Positions 36,901 through 48,033 are shown, counted from the first letter of the stretch. The stretch is DNA of 64,000 bases from a virus (IMGVR_UViG_3300032038_000037:1-64000), one strand, 5' to 3'. Notes: generated from the sequence alone by a model not told the origin. Numbers and translations are program-made.

Positions 36901-39900
36901 CCAGCTATATTTAACATATAATTCATCATCGTCAATATCATCAAGTATTGTAGCTATATTGTTTCTAAAATCATAACTAAAATGCATATGATGATCAAAA
37001 TCACGATAAATATCTAATACATCTGTTGTATTTTCTGGTAAATAAATTGTTTTATTTTCTACACTAAAAACATCTATATCTTCAATTATTTCATTGTGAT
37101 AACCAAAGAATTGAGTATCTTCTATATAAGTTTTATCACCAACTTTAAAAAGATAATTCTCAAAGCCTGGTTGTTCACTAATTTCATGAACTGTTAAATC
37201 ATAACTAACTTTAGGTTGCGCGCTAGTGTTTGAAACACTTAAAGCGTCAAGATAATATAATTCATTATCGATATAATCATCAGAAGTCCAAGTCCCTTCC
37301 TGAATATATCTGCTATATTTTTTATAAAATTTTGCCTCAACCTCATCTTTTTCATCTAAAAGTTCTTGCATTATATCTTTAATTCCTTTTTGTTCTTCAA
37401 TAGGAACTAAAGTAAAAGATTTTGTACCTTTTATTGGAATTGTAATTATAATAGGTTCAGCTGTTATATATGTTTGATCATTACTTGTATATTTTAATTG
37501 ATAATTGTCTGGATAATGCTTAAAATTTATTCTTTCATAGAGATTATCTTGAGAAAAAGATTTCTCTGTTACTGTAGTATTAATATCATATGTACCAAAA
37601 TCATTCTCTAATGTAAAAGATAATCCTTCTATATAATCATCTAATATTTCTTTTGTTGCATTATATTCTACGCCATCTACTACTTTTGAAATAGTAGATA
37701 CTGTTAAAACATAATTTTTTGTTCCATTAATGAGTAAATCTAATTCCTTTTTTTCTGTTTTACTCATTTCTAATAATGGTGTATAATCATTAATAACTTG
37801 TTGATTTGTATAAATTCTACCTACTATATCTGTTAAAGTCTCATGATCATTTGAAGGAATAATATTAACTAATCTTTTAAGTCTATCCTCTTCAGTAGGT
37901 GGATCATAAATTTTTTCTTCATTCTCTGTATGATTAATTTCCCATATATGTTTAGTAAAATAACTTAATATTGCGGGCGGTATTGTTGAAGTAAAGAATG
38001 GTGCATATGTTGAATAACTACCATCTGAAAAAGGAATTTCAAAACCTTCTGTATCGTCAACTATACCAATATATTTGATATCAGATAAAGTATATCCGCC
38101 AGCATCTAAGCTACTAATTTCATATTCTTTAGTAATAGAATCTATACCATCTACCCTATCTTTTTCATCAAGAACAATTTCATTACCATCTATATCAAAG
38201 AATTGTGGAGTAATAATTTCAACAAAATTAGGAAAAACACTGAAAAATTTTGTAACATTGTTCTCAACAGTAAAATAAAAACTTACATTATAACCACGAT
38301 CGTTCACATAGTCATTATATTCAATACCCGTTAAATCTTTAAACTCAAATAAAGAATCTGTATAATTTTTCTGTGCTTCTTCAACAAGTTCATGATATAC
38401 ATTTACATTACTATTAGCTTTTGTTCTTGCGATCGCAGCAAGTTGCCTTTGAGCATTATAATAAGCGTATTGAGTATTAATACCTTTTAATTGTTCTACA
38501 AAAGTATTATAATCAATATAATATTGTCGAGGATTTTCAATAAGTCCTTGATTTAAATAATAGGACATATTAATAATATAAGAGTCTCCACTCGGGTTAG
38601 ATTTCGCACTCGCTATTGAAACCACTCCGCCCTCAACAACATCGTTTTCAACTTGTTCTACAATTAATTTAGAAACAAACTCATCAGACTCTATTGTCCT
38701 TTGAATAGACTCTAAATTAATTCCATATTTAAAACCTGCAAAATTATCATCACCACTATATTTATGGAAAGATATTTTTTTAGACGGCGCGCCTTCTGAA
38801 TCTAACTTAATCGCTCCCGTTTCATCATGTTCAACAACGAATTTTGCCCAACACTCAAAAGACTCGCATAAATCTTGAATTATATTAAAACAATTAGATT
38901 GAGAAGCTTCAATCGTTGAAATTTTCTCATAATTTTCATTATATAAAGGCTTTATATCATTATCAGGGTCTAATCCTAAAGATTCTGCAATTGCGTCTAT
39001 TGAACTAAATGTTTCAATACTTTCTTCTTCTGTATCTTCTTCAGGTTGTAAATAGAAGAAATCAGTAGAAATAGAAGTTGCTTTAGGAATATTACCAATT
39101 AATACAATATTTCCATCGCCATCTAACTTTTTCTTAAAGAGCTGCACTTCTTTTATACAAAAATAACAATTTGGATTTACTTCTGTAGTATAATTTGAAT
39201 CGGTAATATATAAGAAAATTCCATAATCATCTGCCGTATCTGCTAATACTGTATTTGAAATAGATTTTTTACAAACAGCAGTAGTTAAATAATAATCTAA
39301 AAAATCAGAATTTTGTTCAACAAAAGTATGGGTATTAGTATCCCAAATTCTGTCAATTGTTGAATGATCTTCTAATTCTTCTCTATAGATACAATCGATA
39401 GTTGGAGTAACACTAACTCCATCTTTATAATAAGCTACATACTTATCATTATCATTTTTCTTAAAATAACCACCAGTTATTATAGTATTTTTTATCTCAA
39501 AAGGCCCATCAAATTCAAATAAGATATTATTAATATCTGGAGTATAAAGATAAACCTGTTCTTCTGTTTTTGATTTTTCATCATAAACAACTTTTGGCTC
39601 CATTGTATATTTAGCTATAACAGCCTTAATCAACCCTTCTTGTCCAGGTTGTATCTGCGGGCGGCCGCCGTCTTCATTTGTTAAGCCATAAGATATACGA
39701 AAAACATATTCTTCTCCTTTGGAAAAACTGCCAATTTCACTTCTATATTCTCCAATACCTTCATTAACAATAGAATCACTATAATTAGTAGCTTTTCCGC
39801 TTGTTTTCTTAAATTGAGTCCTTAAATATCCTTTAATACCATTAAGTTGTGTTAGATCAATAACTGATGATGCAGTAATATTTGGATAAGAAACCAATTC

Positions 39901-41511
39901 AATAGGTTGAAGAAGATATGCGCCTTTTTCAAGTGAAGTTGTAAACGTAAGTCCTTCATCATAAATTTCTGTTAAAAGCTGTTTTAAATCTAAATCAAAG
40001 GGATCAGTTAATATAGATATTAAATTTCCCCCATCATTGTTTTGGAAAGTAAAAGTATAATCTGAAGCATTAAGCATATCAGAATTATAATGTGCTTCTC
40101 CAATAGTAGTACCGCCTCTTTTAACATAAATATCTAAAAGGTCTGGTTGATGTTCAGAACCAGTTTTTTCAAAATTAGCTTTCCATGTATAAACTAATTG
40201 AATTTGATAATCTGCATTAATTTCATAAGTAAATACAGTATCTTGATAAGTTATAATTGTTCCTTCTTCTGCTTCTTCTTCAACGGGTTCTGGAGATAAT
40301 TTAATTCGTAAATCTGTTAGAATTTTTTTGAAATTTGTAAACCTTAAACTTTCTCCTATATTTTCTCCAACCCTTAAATCAGAAGATAATTTTGTAATTT
40401 TACTCTTTTCGCTTGGAGTAGCTGATGACCATCCATCTAAACTTCCATCTTGATAAATATTGAAGCCTGATCCATTAATTACAAAATTTGTAACTACATC
40501 AGAAGTTACATATTCATAATCTGTATATTTATAAATTGTTTTTTTAGAGCCATCATTATAAGTAGCTTCATATATTGTTACTGGTCTATCTTTAACCGTG
40601 TCATAACCAATTTGTTGATTATAAGCTAAACGATAACCACGATAATTAAGATTAATACCAGTTGAATTATACTCATCAGTTTGCCTTGATAAAACAACAT
40701 TATCAATAGTGATTTCTGTACCCGTTTCATTATATGTAACATTTTCTGCGTCAGCTAAAAAACAATAGTTAGGCATCTGCGCAACATTATTATCATCTAC
40801 TGTTGTTGTTTCTGGATCATAATCTTTTGCTCGTAAGAAGAAAATGTTTTCTTTACTCTTATTAGAAACTATACTGTAAAACATTAATAGTGTTTCATCA
40901 GCTTCTACCGTAACTTCCTCATTTGTCTGTAAGTCTTTTACAACTATATCTGAATTAATTGTATACTTATAAAGCGGCTCAGCAACAAATTGTTGGATTA
41001 TATCAGAGTGTTCTTTATCAATAACCCAGTCAGTTCCTTTAACCGCTTTTTCACCTAATTCAAAAATTGTTCCTTGATTATTTCTTAAATCATTAGAAAG
41101 AACAATATTATACCCAACTTTTCCTAATTCATTAGCAAATAATCCAGTAGCAGTATAATTAAAAACATTTGAATCAGAAGTTTCTTCACAAGTTTTTATT
41201 ACAAAATCATACCACTCTTTATTATAAAAAAGTTTAACTTTTCTTTCATTTACTAAATATTTTTCTAAAGGATTAACAATATAATCATTTATTAAATCAT
41301 CATAATATTTATGAACCAAATCAAAAGTTAAAGTTATCTGTCCATTTACATTTTGGATAAAAATAACATTACTAATTCTACTTGGTGCTGTCATTTGATC
41401 AGAACCAATAGTAGCTATTTTTACTTCTTTATAATATGATTTATCTTCTTCTTCAACCAATACATCTTCCCAAACAGAAACTTCATATGGTCTTTTCAGC
41501 TTATCGCTCAT
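33937..41511 (-). CDS. Large tail-tip protein (Tal/baseplate hub-like), 2524 aa
   Basis: Directly downstream of Dit; N-terminal hub-like region, coiled coil, beta-rich C-terminus. Confidence 0.75.
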   Translation of the reverse strand: MSDKLKRPYEVSVWEDVLVEEEDKSYYKEVKIATIGSDQMTAPSRISNVIFIQNVNGQITLTFDLVHKYYDDLINDYIVNPLEKYLVNERKVKLFYNKEWYDFVIKTCEETSDSNVFNYTATGLFANELGKVGYNIVLSNDLRNNQGTIFELGEKAVKGTDWVIDKEHSDIIQQFVAEPLYKYTINSDIVVKDLQTNEEVTVEADETLLMFYSIVSNKSKENIFFLRAKDYDPETTTVDDNNVAQMPNYCFLADAENVTYNETGTEITIDNVVLSRQTDEYNSTGINLNYRGYRLAYNQQIGYDTVKDRPVTIYEATYNDGSKKTIYKYTDYEYVTSDVVTNFVINGSGFNIYQDGSLDGWSSATPSEKSKITKLSSDLRVGENIGESLRFTNFKKILTDLRIKLSPEPVEEEAEEGTIITYQDTVFTYEINADYQIQLVYTWKANFEKTGSEHQPDLLDIYVKRGGTTIGEAHYNSDMLNASDYTFTFQNNDGGNLISILTDPFDLDLKQLLTEIYDEGLTFTTSLEKGAYLLQPIELVSYPNITASSVIDLTQLNGIKGYLRTQFKKTSGKATNYSDSIVNEGIGEYRSEIGSFSKGEEYVFRISYGLTNEDGGRPQIQPGQEGLIKAVIAKYTMEPKVVYDEKSKTEEQVYLYTPDINNILFEFDGPFEIKNTIITGGYFKKNDNDKYVAYYKDGVSVTPTIDCIYREELEDHSTIDRIWDTNTHTFVEQNSDFLDYYLTTAVCKKSISNTVLADTADDYGIFLYITDSNYTTEVNPNCYFCIKEVQLFKKKLDGDGNIVLIGNIPKATSISTDFFYLQPEEDTEEESIETFSSIDAIAESLGLDPDNDIKPLYNENYEKISTIEASQSNCFNIIQDLCESFECWAKFVVEHDETGAIKLDSEGAPSKKISFHKYSGDDNFAGFKYGINLESIQRTIESDEFVSKLIVEQVENDVVEGGVVSIASAKSNPSGDSYIINMSYYLNQGLIENPRQYYIDYNTFVEQLKGINTQYAYYNAQRQLAAIARTKANSNVNVYHELVEEAQKNYTDSLFEFKDLTGIEYNDYVNDRGYNVSFYFTVENNVTKFFSVFPNFVEIITPQFFDIDGNEIVLDEKDRVDGIDSITKEYEISSLDAGGYTLSDIKYIGIVDDTEGFEIPFSDGSYSTYAPFFTSTIPPAILSYFTKHIWEINHTENEEKIYDPPTEEDRLKRLVNIIPSNDHETLTDIVGRIYTNQQVINDYTPLLEMSKTEKKELDLLINGTKNYVLTVSTISKVVDGVEYNATKEILDDYIEGLSFTLENDFGTYDINTTVTEKSFSQDNLYERINFKHYPDNYQLKYTSNDQTYITAEPIIITIPIKGTKSFTLVPIEEQKGIKDIMQELLDEKDEVEAKFYKKYSRYIQEGTWTSDDYIDNELYYLDALSVSNTSAQPKVSYDLTVHEISEQPGFENYLFKVGDKTYIEDTQFFGYHNEIIEDIDVFSVENKTIYLPENTTDVLDIYRDFDHHMHFSYDFRNNIATILDDIDDDELYVKYSWKIQTPIREEVVVSEVEWHLDDASENTITIQNYKTQFDDLFQRMAAAVQSVEYNSASYSRAASILDEGGFINASLLLKSLNELGGGFMLSGDNTITAVEDGIIVKDILDPMRQMKIAGAGLKTSLDGGYNWDTVVTAEGLTINTIDTQNVLIKDGDNPSFRWDKYGLNAYGYGPNGIDLKTYVRFDKYGLYGVLDGEEFQAESLEDIKNTAQFGLLWDGFFIKNSYTDGYVSISSDNDFQVVANDQERIKIGALEQDTSGNYQYGIRIKNSKGESVFETDDSGDIEMSGIINAKGGIFTDSVNVGSGAESIVLQGTDTDATIGSSTYFDDSSRGWAIKSSGDAIFNNITARGAIKTAVFEYEEIEAVGGIFIFRPSSTIKEATISQTSQYTYQKLIPEGEPAPSTYEFGDDIDYFTKNGTEYRRVSEPNINDIMLYYIIDQETIIYANDLLVRVEKPLLFSIGDWCKVSNYTSEDPTSALAASGLVNVFEITSINDDVITLAGGAKMFQDIIDSSGDIKEIPAIIDIQNNEGTIQNADTSSLEPLTEKYIYEIEIVTTDEDEELEEEILEELNDEEDEPEGDDDLSTFVAFGVPTTIMSLDNNDNNISTITYLGNLSLWNHEEEFNTEENYLIIQFGNSSQTLIYVGEDHALYNENGLYAVTITETPNIQYEVDSLEGGALISFANYPCDKRAAARINKAKIGQSKIGVDAPWGPLTENYGIGINSSDSAVNLPARAISLFESQIEPEDESGIKVHYAIRGVFGTLPSADVLTQGKGYTNQKKAVNELVYENLKEQQGIYTDNIYLGDEEQYLAFYTAPTYKVVENPTGSPAENEYYEFVDGIYIKTEDFEVISEKTYYYIESIGKHFDIVGSSIDIALNDGNRIVNIINTTTDEGVVINSDKINTKDMIIGDPIKNHIHVTDEEIGFWYGDNKTAFLSNNKLYIPYSVVLNEMEVGEKETEDGPVPLWAWRRASNDNLRLVWLGGDE

Positions 41512-41525
41512 TCCCTTTATCTCCT

Positions 41526-42677
41526 TTAATAGTATAAATAATTATAGAAAATCTCAGGTTTTTGAGTAGATACCGCACAATTTAAATATATGCCTTGATG
41601 TCTAAAATCAAATTTATTTCCCTTAAAAATTCTACCAAAACTACCCTTTTTTATATGCTTATTGTATAAATTCCCAGTAGTACGCCAAGATTTTGAAATA
41701 TAATCATAATGTACACCTTCTATTAATTCGGCGCGGGTATTAATCATAATACCATTTTCTGAAGTCGTGCCAGTTGTTCTTTCAAAAGGTTCAATTACTA
41801 AATCAGGTAATCCATCTGTAGCAATAATTATATTTTCTCCTTTTTCTAAATCTGGATCAATTCTATTATTAACATAAGGAATAAATAAATAATATGGCGT
41901 ATCTATGTCTCCTGGATTATATACATTAATTTGTCCATTATATTTATTCAAATATCTAATGTTTTCAACTTCATCTTGATAAATATCGTATGCACCTTCA
42001 GTATATTCCTCTAATGTGAGTATTCCACTTGATGCCACCCATTCGTTAGTATTATCATATCCATTAGTCACATATTGATCTAAAGTTTTATATAATTGGC
42101 GCGCGAATGGATCATATGCTATAAAGCTAATTGATCCTTCGCCTTTGTAAATGCGCCTTTTTGTCCCTAAATAAACCTTATGATTTACACTTCCAGGAAT
42201 ATACATTCCTTCTTGACTATCTTCACCAACAGTATTTTCTCCAACAATAGCCGTTCCTACTGTTGCAACTGATGCTAATTCTTCTTTAGATTTATGACCT
42301 GTAGTATCCCAATAATAATCTTCTTCATCAAAACAAATTGTTTCTAAAGAAATCGGTTCTGCTAATTTAACATAATATACCTTATAAGGACGTTCATCAA
42401 AAATCAATTTACAAATTTTTCTTTGACCAAATAATCTACGAATATTTCTATACTGTTCTTCAGTAACACTATCAAAAGCTATTTGAATTTCTATATTACG
42501 ACTTTGATAAAAACTACCATAATAATAAACACCATCTTTACCACTAACTTCTACTGTTTTATCTTCAAAATCTGGTAATATAGTTTCTGCATATCTATCC
42601 CCATCGCTTACTCGAAGGATATTTAATTCACTTGAATGGACTCCATCAAAAGTAAAGCCCGTAAAATCTGACCACAT
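41526..42677 (-). CDS. Distal tail protein (Dit)
   Basis: GFTFDGVHSSELNI...V.GKDG.YY...LIFDERPYKVY...FIAYDPFA...NPGDIDT. Confidence 0.8.
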   Translation of the reverse strand: MWSDFTGFTFDGVHSSELNILRVSDGDRYAETILPDFEDKTVEVSGKDGVYYYGSFYQSRNIEIQIAFDSVTEEQYRNIRRLFGQRKICKLIFDERPYKVYYVKLAEPISLETICFDEEDYYWDTTGHKSKEELASVATVGTAIVGENTVGEDSQEGMYIPGSVNHKVYLGTKRRIYKGEGSISFIAYDPFARQLYKTLDQYVTNGYDNTNEWVASSGILTLEEYTEGAYDIYQDEVENIRYLNKYNGQINVYNPGDIDTPYYLFIPYVNNRIDPDLEKGENIIIATDGLPDLVIEPFERTTGTTSENGIMINTRAELIEGVHYDYISKSWRTTGNLYNKHIKKGSFGRIFKGNKFDFRHQGIYLNCAVSTQKPEIFYNYLYY

Positions 42678-42687
42678 AATATCCTCC

Positions 42688-44382
42688 TTATATTATTTCT
42701 TTACACAATACTTTAATATCTATTACAAATCTTACAGCTCCGTCTTTAAGGTTTTTCGTATTATAACTAAAAACGCCTGCGCTGCTTTCAGATTTTTGCA
42801 TAAATAATTCCCATAGTATTTGATTACTAGGATCTGAAGAAGATCCCCAAACTTTTTTACTACTGGTACCCATGTAGTAACCTATACCTTCAGAAGCATA
42901 AGAAATGTTATAACCAACAATACCTAATGGTATAAGACCTGGTAAACTAACTCTAATATATCTATGACCTGTAGTTTGACCTTTTTTCTCTATATAAATA
43001 GGTAAATGATTACCATGTCTAGTCCATCCTGTCGCTTGATCATAAACAGAATAAGTTACTTCACTACCAGTTCCAGCTGGAGAAGTTGAACCTCTACCTA
43101 ATCTTACGCTTTTTATTACTAATCGTGGAGAATATTTATTTTTTAATGATTTACCACTCTCAAAAAATTCTGTTGCTTTTATTGGAATATTAGAATAATT
43201 ACAAATAGTACCATTATTATCATATCCTATCATAAAACTTGTTGTAGAAGAACCATTCATATAAAATCTAGCTTCTTTTCCATATATATATAAATCGTCA
43301 GTTCTATAACCAGGATTTAATTGTGTAATTGAATTTGCATTTCTAACTAATAATCCTTTAGCATCTAAATATCCTTCTACTGGAGCTTTTATGTTTGTTT
43401 GCGTTTGTGTACTATCCACGATATAAATGCCAGTAGGTTTATTTTTGTATAAATATAAATTATCATCAAGTACATTAGTAATAAAATATGTACCCGCTGT
43501 ATAACCATCTAATGGTCTTCGATCATGTACATATGTATTTGACCCTTGATTAATAATATCAGCATCATTATGAAGTTGAGAAGTTGCTTCATAAGCGGCC
43601 TCCCTATTAGGAATTTTTATAGTATAAGTTTGAGAACCAACATATAAAGTACCAATAGTTACTCCAGATTCAACTTCTTCAGTTGCTTCATAATAAATAT
43701 ATGGCGTTGATTCCTCAGGTTCTGGAGTTGGTTCTGGAGTTGGTTCAGGCTCTGGACTTGGGCTTGGTTCAGGTTCGGGTTCTGGACTCGGTTCTGGACT
43801 CGGCTGAGAATTACCTATTAATCTTCTTGCTAATTCTTTAATTAAATATGGAGTCGCCGCAGTATTTTTATCCTCATCTGTATCTTCGGCATTTAACCAA
43901 GCATCAAAATCTGTATAACCACCCTCTTTTCCAAAACCATCTGTAAATAATTTAGTCAAACCATAATATTCACTATTTGCACGAACACCGCGTATAAGCA
44001 TATAATATAATGTATCATTCGCTGTAGCATCTAGCGAAGCTCCATTATATTCTTGTGTAATATCAGTATTACTTTGTTGACTAACCAACACAAAAAGACA
44101 AACCTCTCCGGCTTGCCACATATAATCAACTTTATCTTCTACATTTTTTGTTTTAATAAAAACACCTTCATCTTCAGAAAGTGCAGTTTGATTGTCCTCT
44201 CCATTAGACAAGCTTGTTCCATGGACAACTAGAGTAGGTGATTCTTCCGTATTGCCATTAGCAAAATAAACTGCTAATAAATCACCTACAACAATATCAT
44301 CATGTAATGGATTATAAATTGTAACTTCTTTTTCATTAGTGTCTGCGCTTGTAGCAGAAACCCCATAAAATAAATTAGCCAT
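42688..44382 (-). CDS. Putative virion protein with Pro/Glu linker
   Basis: (PE/PS/PT)n linker at about 43715-43805; structural module. Confidence 0.65.
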   Translation of the reverse strand: MANLFYGVSATSADTNEKEVTIYNPLHDDIVVGDLLAVYFANGNTEESPTLVVHGTSLSNGEDNQTALSEDEGVFIKTKNVEDKVDYMWQAGEVCLFVLVSQQSNTDITQEYNGASLDATANDTLYYMLIRGVRANSEYYGLTKLFTDGFGKEGGYTDFDAWLNAEDTDEDKNTAATPYLIKELARRLIGNSQPSPEPSPEPEPEPSPSPEPEPTPEPTPEPEESTPYIYYEATEEVESGVTIGTLYVGSQTYTIKIPNREAAYEATSQLHNDADIINQGSNTYVHDRRPLDGYTAGTYFITNVLDDNLYLYKNKPTGIYIVDSTQTQTNIKAPVEGYLDAKGLLVRNANSITQLNPGYRTDDLYIYGKEARFYMNGSSTTSFMIGYDNNGTICNYSNIPIKATEFFESGKSLKNKYSPRLVIKSVRLGRGSTSPAGTGSEVTYSVYDQATGWTRHGNHLPIYIEKKGQTTGHRYIRVSLPGLIPLGIVGYNISYASEGIGYYMGTSSKKVWGSSSDPSNQILWELFMQKSESSAGVFSYNTKNLKDGAVRFVIDIKVLCKEII

Positions 44383-44508
44383 TGAAATATCTCCATATAA
44401 AATAAAAAGCCTATTAGGATATACTAATAGGCCAACAAATGTTCATTTATAAGTTCGCCTTTATCTCCTAAGTATAAGTAGATATTGAAAAGAAAGGCTC
44501 TATTTTTA

Positions 44509-45000
44509 TTAAGATAATGTAATTTTACGAGGTACTGGTGTTATAAAACGGAAAATATATGTGTCAGTAGTATTAGTTGCTCCTGCAACATTTCCACCTA
44601 AATAAAAATTACAAGTCATAGTATTAGCATTAGTTCGTGCAGTATTTAAGAGTTGTCCAGTAATTAAAGGCCCAGTTGTACCATTTATACCAGTTGTTGT
44701 TTGCATAACCCAAGTATCATCAGAGCATACGTTTGTCCAACCAGTTATTGTTAAAGCACATACTTTTGCTCTAATAGATGTCCCTGCAGTTTTTTTTGCA
44801 GACATTTTAAATTGAATGACTATATTTGCCATATTTCCATCTATTTGACAAGTAGCACTAGAAACAGTATACCCACTACCATTAGTAGTAGAAACAGTTA
44901 AAGTTTCTGTCGTACTCCAATAATGATTTAGCTTTCGAATTTTTGTCCAGATTTCTCCTAATTGTGTTACAATTGTTTGTAATATAGTTAATAATCTCAT
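44509..45000 (-). CDS. Putative structural/fibre-associated protein
   Basis: Thr-rich beta protein in late operon. Confidence 0.6.
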   Translation of the reverse strand: MRLLTILQTIVTQLGEIWTKIRKLNHYWSTTETLTVSTTNGSGYTVSSATCQIDGNMANIVIQFKMSAKKTAGTSIRAKVCALTITGWTNVCSDDTWVMQTTTGINGTTGPLITGQLLNTARTNANTMTCNFYLGGNVAGATNTTDTYIFRFITPVPRKITLS

Positions 45001-45011
45001 TTTTATACCTC

Positions 45012-45500
45012 TTATGATAGTATACTTGGATATTTACATATAACCGGTCCGCCATGAAATTGTGCATTTTTATCTGCTGTTTGTACTGCCGCGATCTGAA
45101 AACTTCGATAAGCATAACTAGAATTTGCAGTGGTACAATAATAACTCTTTAAGCCGCCTGAACCTCCTGATATCAAATTACGAGCAAATATTGGACATTT
45201 TGTCCATTCTTCTTTGTCATCATCTTGTAATTGAAGTGTATCATAAAGTACGTTAGGAATATTACCAGTAGAAAAATTAGAACTTTTATATGTTGAATCA
45301 TATGTATTCTGTAATCCGCCATATGCTATTATATATACTGAACCACCAGAGAAATCAGAATCTAATGATCTAGTAACAGTTATAGTCCTTGCTTCAATAA
45401 ATCTATCACAAAGCTTCTGACTATAAGTACTATAAGAAATCATTTTATTTATAATTTTTTGAAAAATTAAAAATAATCTACCACTTGCCATATTTACCAC
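45012..45500 (-). CDS. Putative structural protein
   Basis: Late operon ORF. Confidence 0.6.
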   Translation of the reverse strand: MVNMASGRLFLIFQKIINKMISYSTYSQKLCDRFIEARTITVTRSLDSDFSGGSVYIIAYGGLQNTYDSTYKSSNFSTGNIPNVLYDTLQLQDDDKEEWTKCPIFARNLISGGSGGLKSYYCTTANSSYAYRSFQIAAVQTADKNAQFHGGPVICKYPSILS

Positions 45501-46513
45501 TCCTCTGTAACTTTATAATGATATCTACTTTGACATCGTGAAACTGGAATATCTGCTACAAAACGAAATTCACTAGTTTTAGCATAAAGAGCATCTATGC
45601 GGCAAACAATCGTTAAAGTAGTATTAGAAGAACTCATAACACAATGAAATGCTGCAGGACAAGCATTACCTGAGGAATAACCACTAGACATACATACTTC
45701 CTTTGGTACTGCATTAATATGACTTAAATTAAGAGATTCATCTACATATGTACCACCAGTTGTATGTAAAAAATCATCAATAGTAATCGTACATAAATCA
45801 GTATTTGTAATATTACCAGTTCCAATTGTCGTTTGCGCGGCACTAGTTAAGGACAATCTTATACTTATATTTAAATCATTACCAATCAAACGTACAGCAC
45901 TAGCAGCTACAGTTACTCCAGTAACATTTGGAGTTATTGTATGCTCTATAGAAAGGCATTGAGAAATTACATTTAAATAATAATCTAACTTTAAATTTAA
46001 ATAACGTATTTTTGTAGTTATTCTATCTAACATTGAATATAAGCCATTAGTTTTTACTTGAACTTTTAAAAGATTACTAAACTCAGGGGAAGTAAAAATT
46101 TCTTGTGCATTTACAGAAGAAATAGAACTATTGTAAGTAATATCACTAAAAGTTCCATAAAAACGATCTGTAGTAGTTGTGTCTACTGAATATGAATTAT
46201 TGTTACTGTTAAAAGATAAATTATATAGATAACCAAAATCCCCTTCATCATCTATAATTAAACCTATAGTATAATTAGTAGAACTAGTTTTATTACAATT
46301 TATAGTAATTGCCCAAACGTTATATGTTGTAGAATTACTCCCTATATAATTATATAGGGCAGTTAAGGAATAGTTTCCTATTGGTAAAATTTCAGCAAAA
46401 GCTTTTATATTTGGATATGTCCCAGTTTCTTTTATCCAATTTATTTTTCCGTCAAAATAAATACCTTGTTGAATTTCATTAAAATTAATATTCTTAGTTG
46501 CCATAGTCTTCAC
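45494..46513 (-). CDS. Putative structural protein
   Basis: Late operon ORF; C-terminus resembles 44509-45000. Confidence 0.6.
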   Translation of the reverse strand: MKTMATKNINFNEIQQGIYFDGKINWIKETGTYPNIKAFAEILPIGNYSLTALYNYIGSNSTTYNVWAITINCNKTSSTNYTIGLIIDDEGDFGYLYNLSFNSNNNSYSVDTTTTDRFYGTFSDITYNSSISSVNAQEIFTSPEFSNLLKVQVKTNGLYSMLDRITTKIRYLNLKLDYYLNVISQCLSIEHTITPNVTGVTVAASAVRLIGNDLNISIRLSLTSAAQTTIGTGNITNTDLCTITIDDFLHTTGGTYVDESLNLSHINAVPKEVCMSSGYSSGNACPAAFHCVMSSSNTTLTIVCRIDALYAKTSEFRFVADIPVSRCQSRYHYKVTEEW

Positions 46514-46516
46514 CTA

Positions 46517-47800
46517 TTAAACAGCATCTAAACTAGTCATTAATGCAGTATATTCCGCACTAGTAATCGTATGGTCTAAACTTGCAACCTCTAATCCATT
46601 TTGAATCACGGTATTCCCAGTCCATGATACTGTAAAAATATTATTTCTATTATAAGTAATTGAACTACCCGATCCAGACGGCCCTGAGCCATTTCCAATT
46701 ATGAATGCATAAGTATTATTTGTATCTGAAGTATTCCATTTACCAATAACAAATTGATTATCACTCCCAGCAATAGTTCCCCATCCCGCGGCAGAACTTG
46801 CAGCCCCATTTGCTTGGGTAGAACAGTTTTGGGCATGAGAGCGTGCTCCATAAGCAATAGTAGAGCAGCCTTCTGCGTGAGAATAATCTCCAGCAGCCAA
46901 TGTACAAGAACCTGTTGCCACTGAAGTTTTTCCTATCGCTGCAGATGAATAACGAGGATCTGAACCAGAATATTCTGTTGGGGTTGTGGCATACCATCCA
47001 CTACTTCCATATATTGCATTATAATAAGTTGTTTTTATAGTATCGATTGTAGCAGTAAAAGACCCAGAATATTTTCTTGGACCATTACCATGAACAAAAG
47101 AAGCATCTCCTTTAGTCCAAGTATATCTTCCTCCAGCATGACAATAATCACTATAAGCTGTAGTATACGCGCCTTCCGAATGAGCAGCATCACCATCTGT
47201 CCTAGTACACAATCCTTCCGCATGAGAGGCAAATGCTGCAGCTATTGTATAGCCATCATCCTGATCTCCTGATCCTTCTGCATGAGCCGAATGTCCTGAC
47301 GCTATTGTAAACCATCCTTCTGCAACCGCATGTTGTCCTGTAGCTTTTGTGCCATATCCTAAAGTAGTAGCATTTTGCCCAATAGTATAGCTTGAAGATT
47401 CTGTTGCACTTTGTACACTCCTCAAACTTCCAGTCGCGCTACCATCTAATAAATTCTGGGCACCTGCGGTAGCAGTTCCCCATGTAGGCGCACCAGAACC
47501 AGAAGAAATTAAAACTTGACCACTTGTACCTGCCGCTGTTGGCGCGTAGAAACTTGGAGTCGTAGTCGAACTCCCATTAAGTGTGACAGTAACTCCTGCA
47601 GGTACGCTTGCCCACGTCGGCGCGCCACTGCCATTTGATTTTAAAAAATATCCACTAGTACCAGCAGTTGTCGGAGCGTAAATGGCAGTTCCACTTGTAC
47701 TTCCATCCCAACTAGTACCATTAATACTAATTCCATTTTTTGTATTCATTTCATAAGTATTACTACCAACTGTAATACTTTTTAATCCATAAGTTGCCAT
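46517..47800 (-). CDS. Fibre/adhesin with YadA-head-like HAEG repeats
   Basis: Repeated A.G..SHAEG..T; YAPT.AGTSG repeats; YAFIIGNG. Confidence 0.75.
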   Translation of the reverse strand: MATYGLKSITVGSNTYEMNTKNGISINGTSWDGSTSGTAIYAPTTAGTSGYFLKSNGSGAPTWASVPAGVTVTLNGSSTTTPSFYAPTAAGTSGQVLISSGSGAPTWGTATAGAQNLLDGSATGSLRSVQSATESSSYTIGQNATTLGYGTKATGQHAVAEGWFTIASGHSAHAEGSGDQDDGYTIAAAFASHAEGLCTRTDGDAAHSEGAYTTAYSDYCHAGGRYTWTKGDASFVHGNGPRKYSGSFTATIDTIKTTYYNAIYGSSGWYATTPTEYSGSDPRYSSAAIGKTSVATGSCTLAAGDYSHAEGCSTIAYGARSHAQNCSTQANGAASSAAGWGTIAGSDNQFVIGKWNTSDTNNTYAFIIGNGSGPSGSGSSITYNRNNIFTVSWTGNTVIQNGLEVASLDHTITSAEYTALMTSLDAV

Positions 47801-47811
47801 TTATTTCCCCC

Positions 47812-48033
47812 TTATGCTCTGTTTCTTAATTCTAAATTTTTTGTTGCTAAGGTGTAAATCGCTTCTATATATCCATTATCTAATTCCATACTCGGTACGT
47901 CGCCAGTTGTAATTCTCATTATTGCTGCTGCGAAATTTGAAGGGGTCAAATTGTTTTCACGACCCTTATTATAAATAGCTTGTGCTATATCTCGCAAAAG
48001 CTGTTCAGTTATTAAAACTTTTTCATTAGCCAT
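47812..48033 (-). CDS. Small structural protein
   Basis: L.DIAQAI...LTPSNFAAAI motif seen in phage fibre N-termini. Confidence 0.6.
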   Translation of the reverse strand: MANEKVLITEQLLRDIAQAIYNKGRENNLTPSNFAAAIMRITTGDVPSMELDNGYIEAIYTLATKNLELRNRA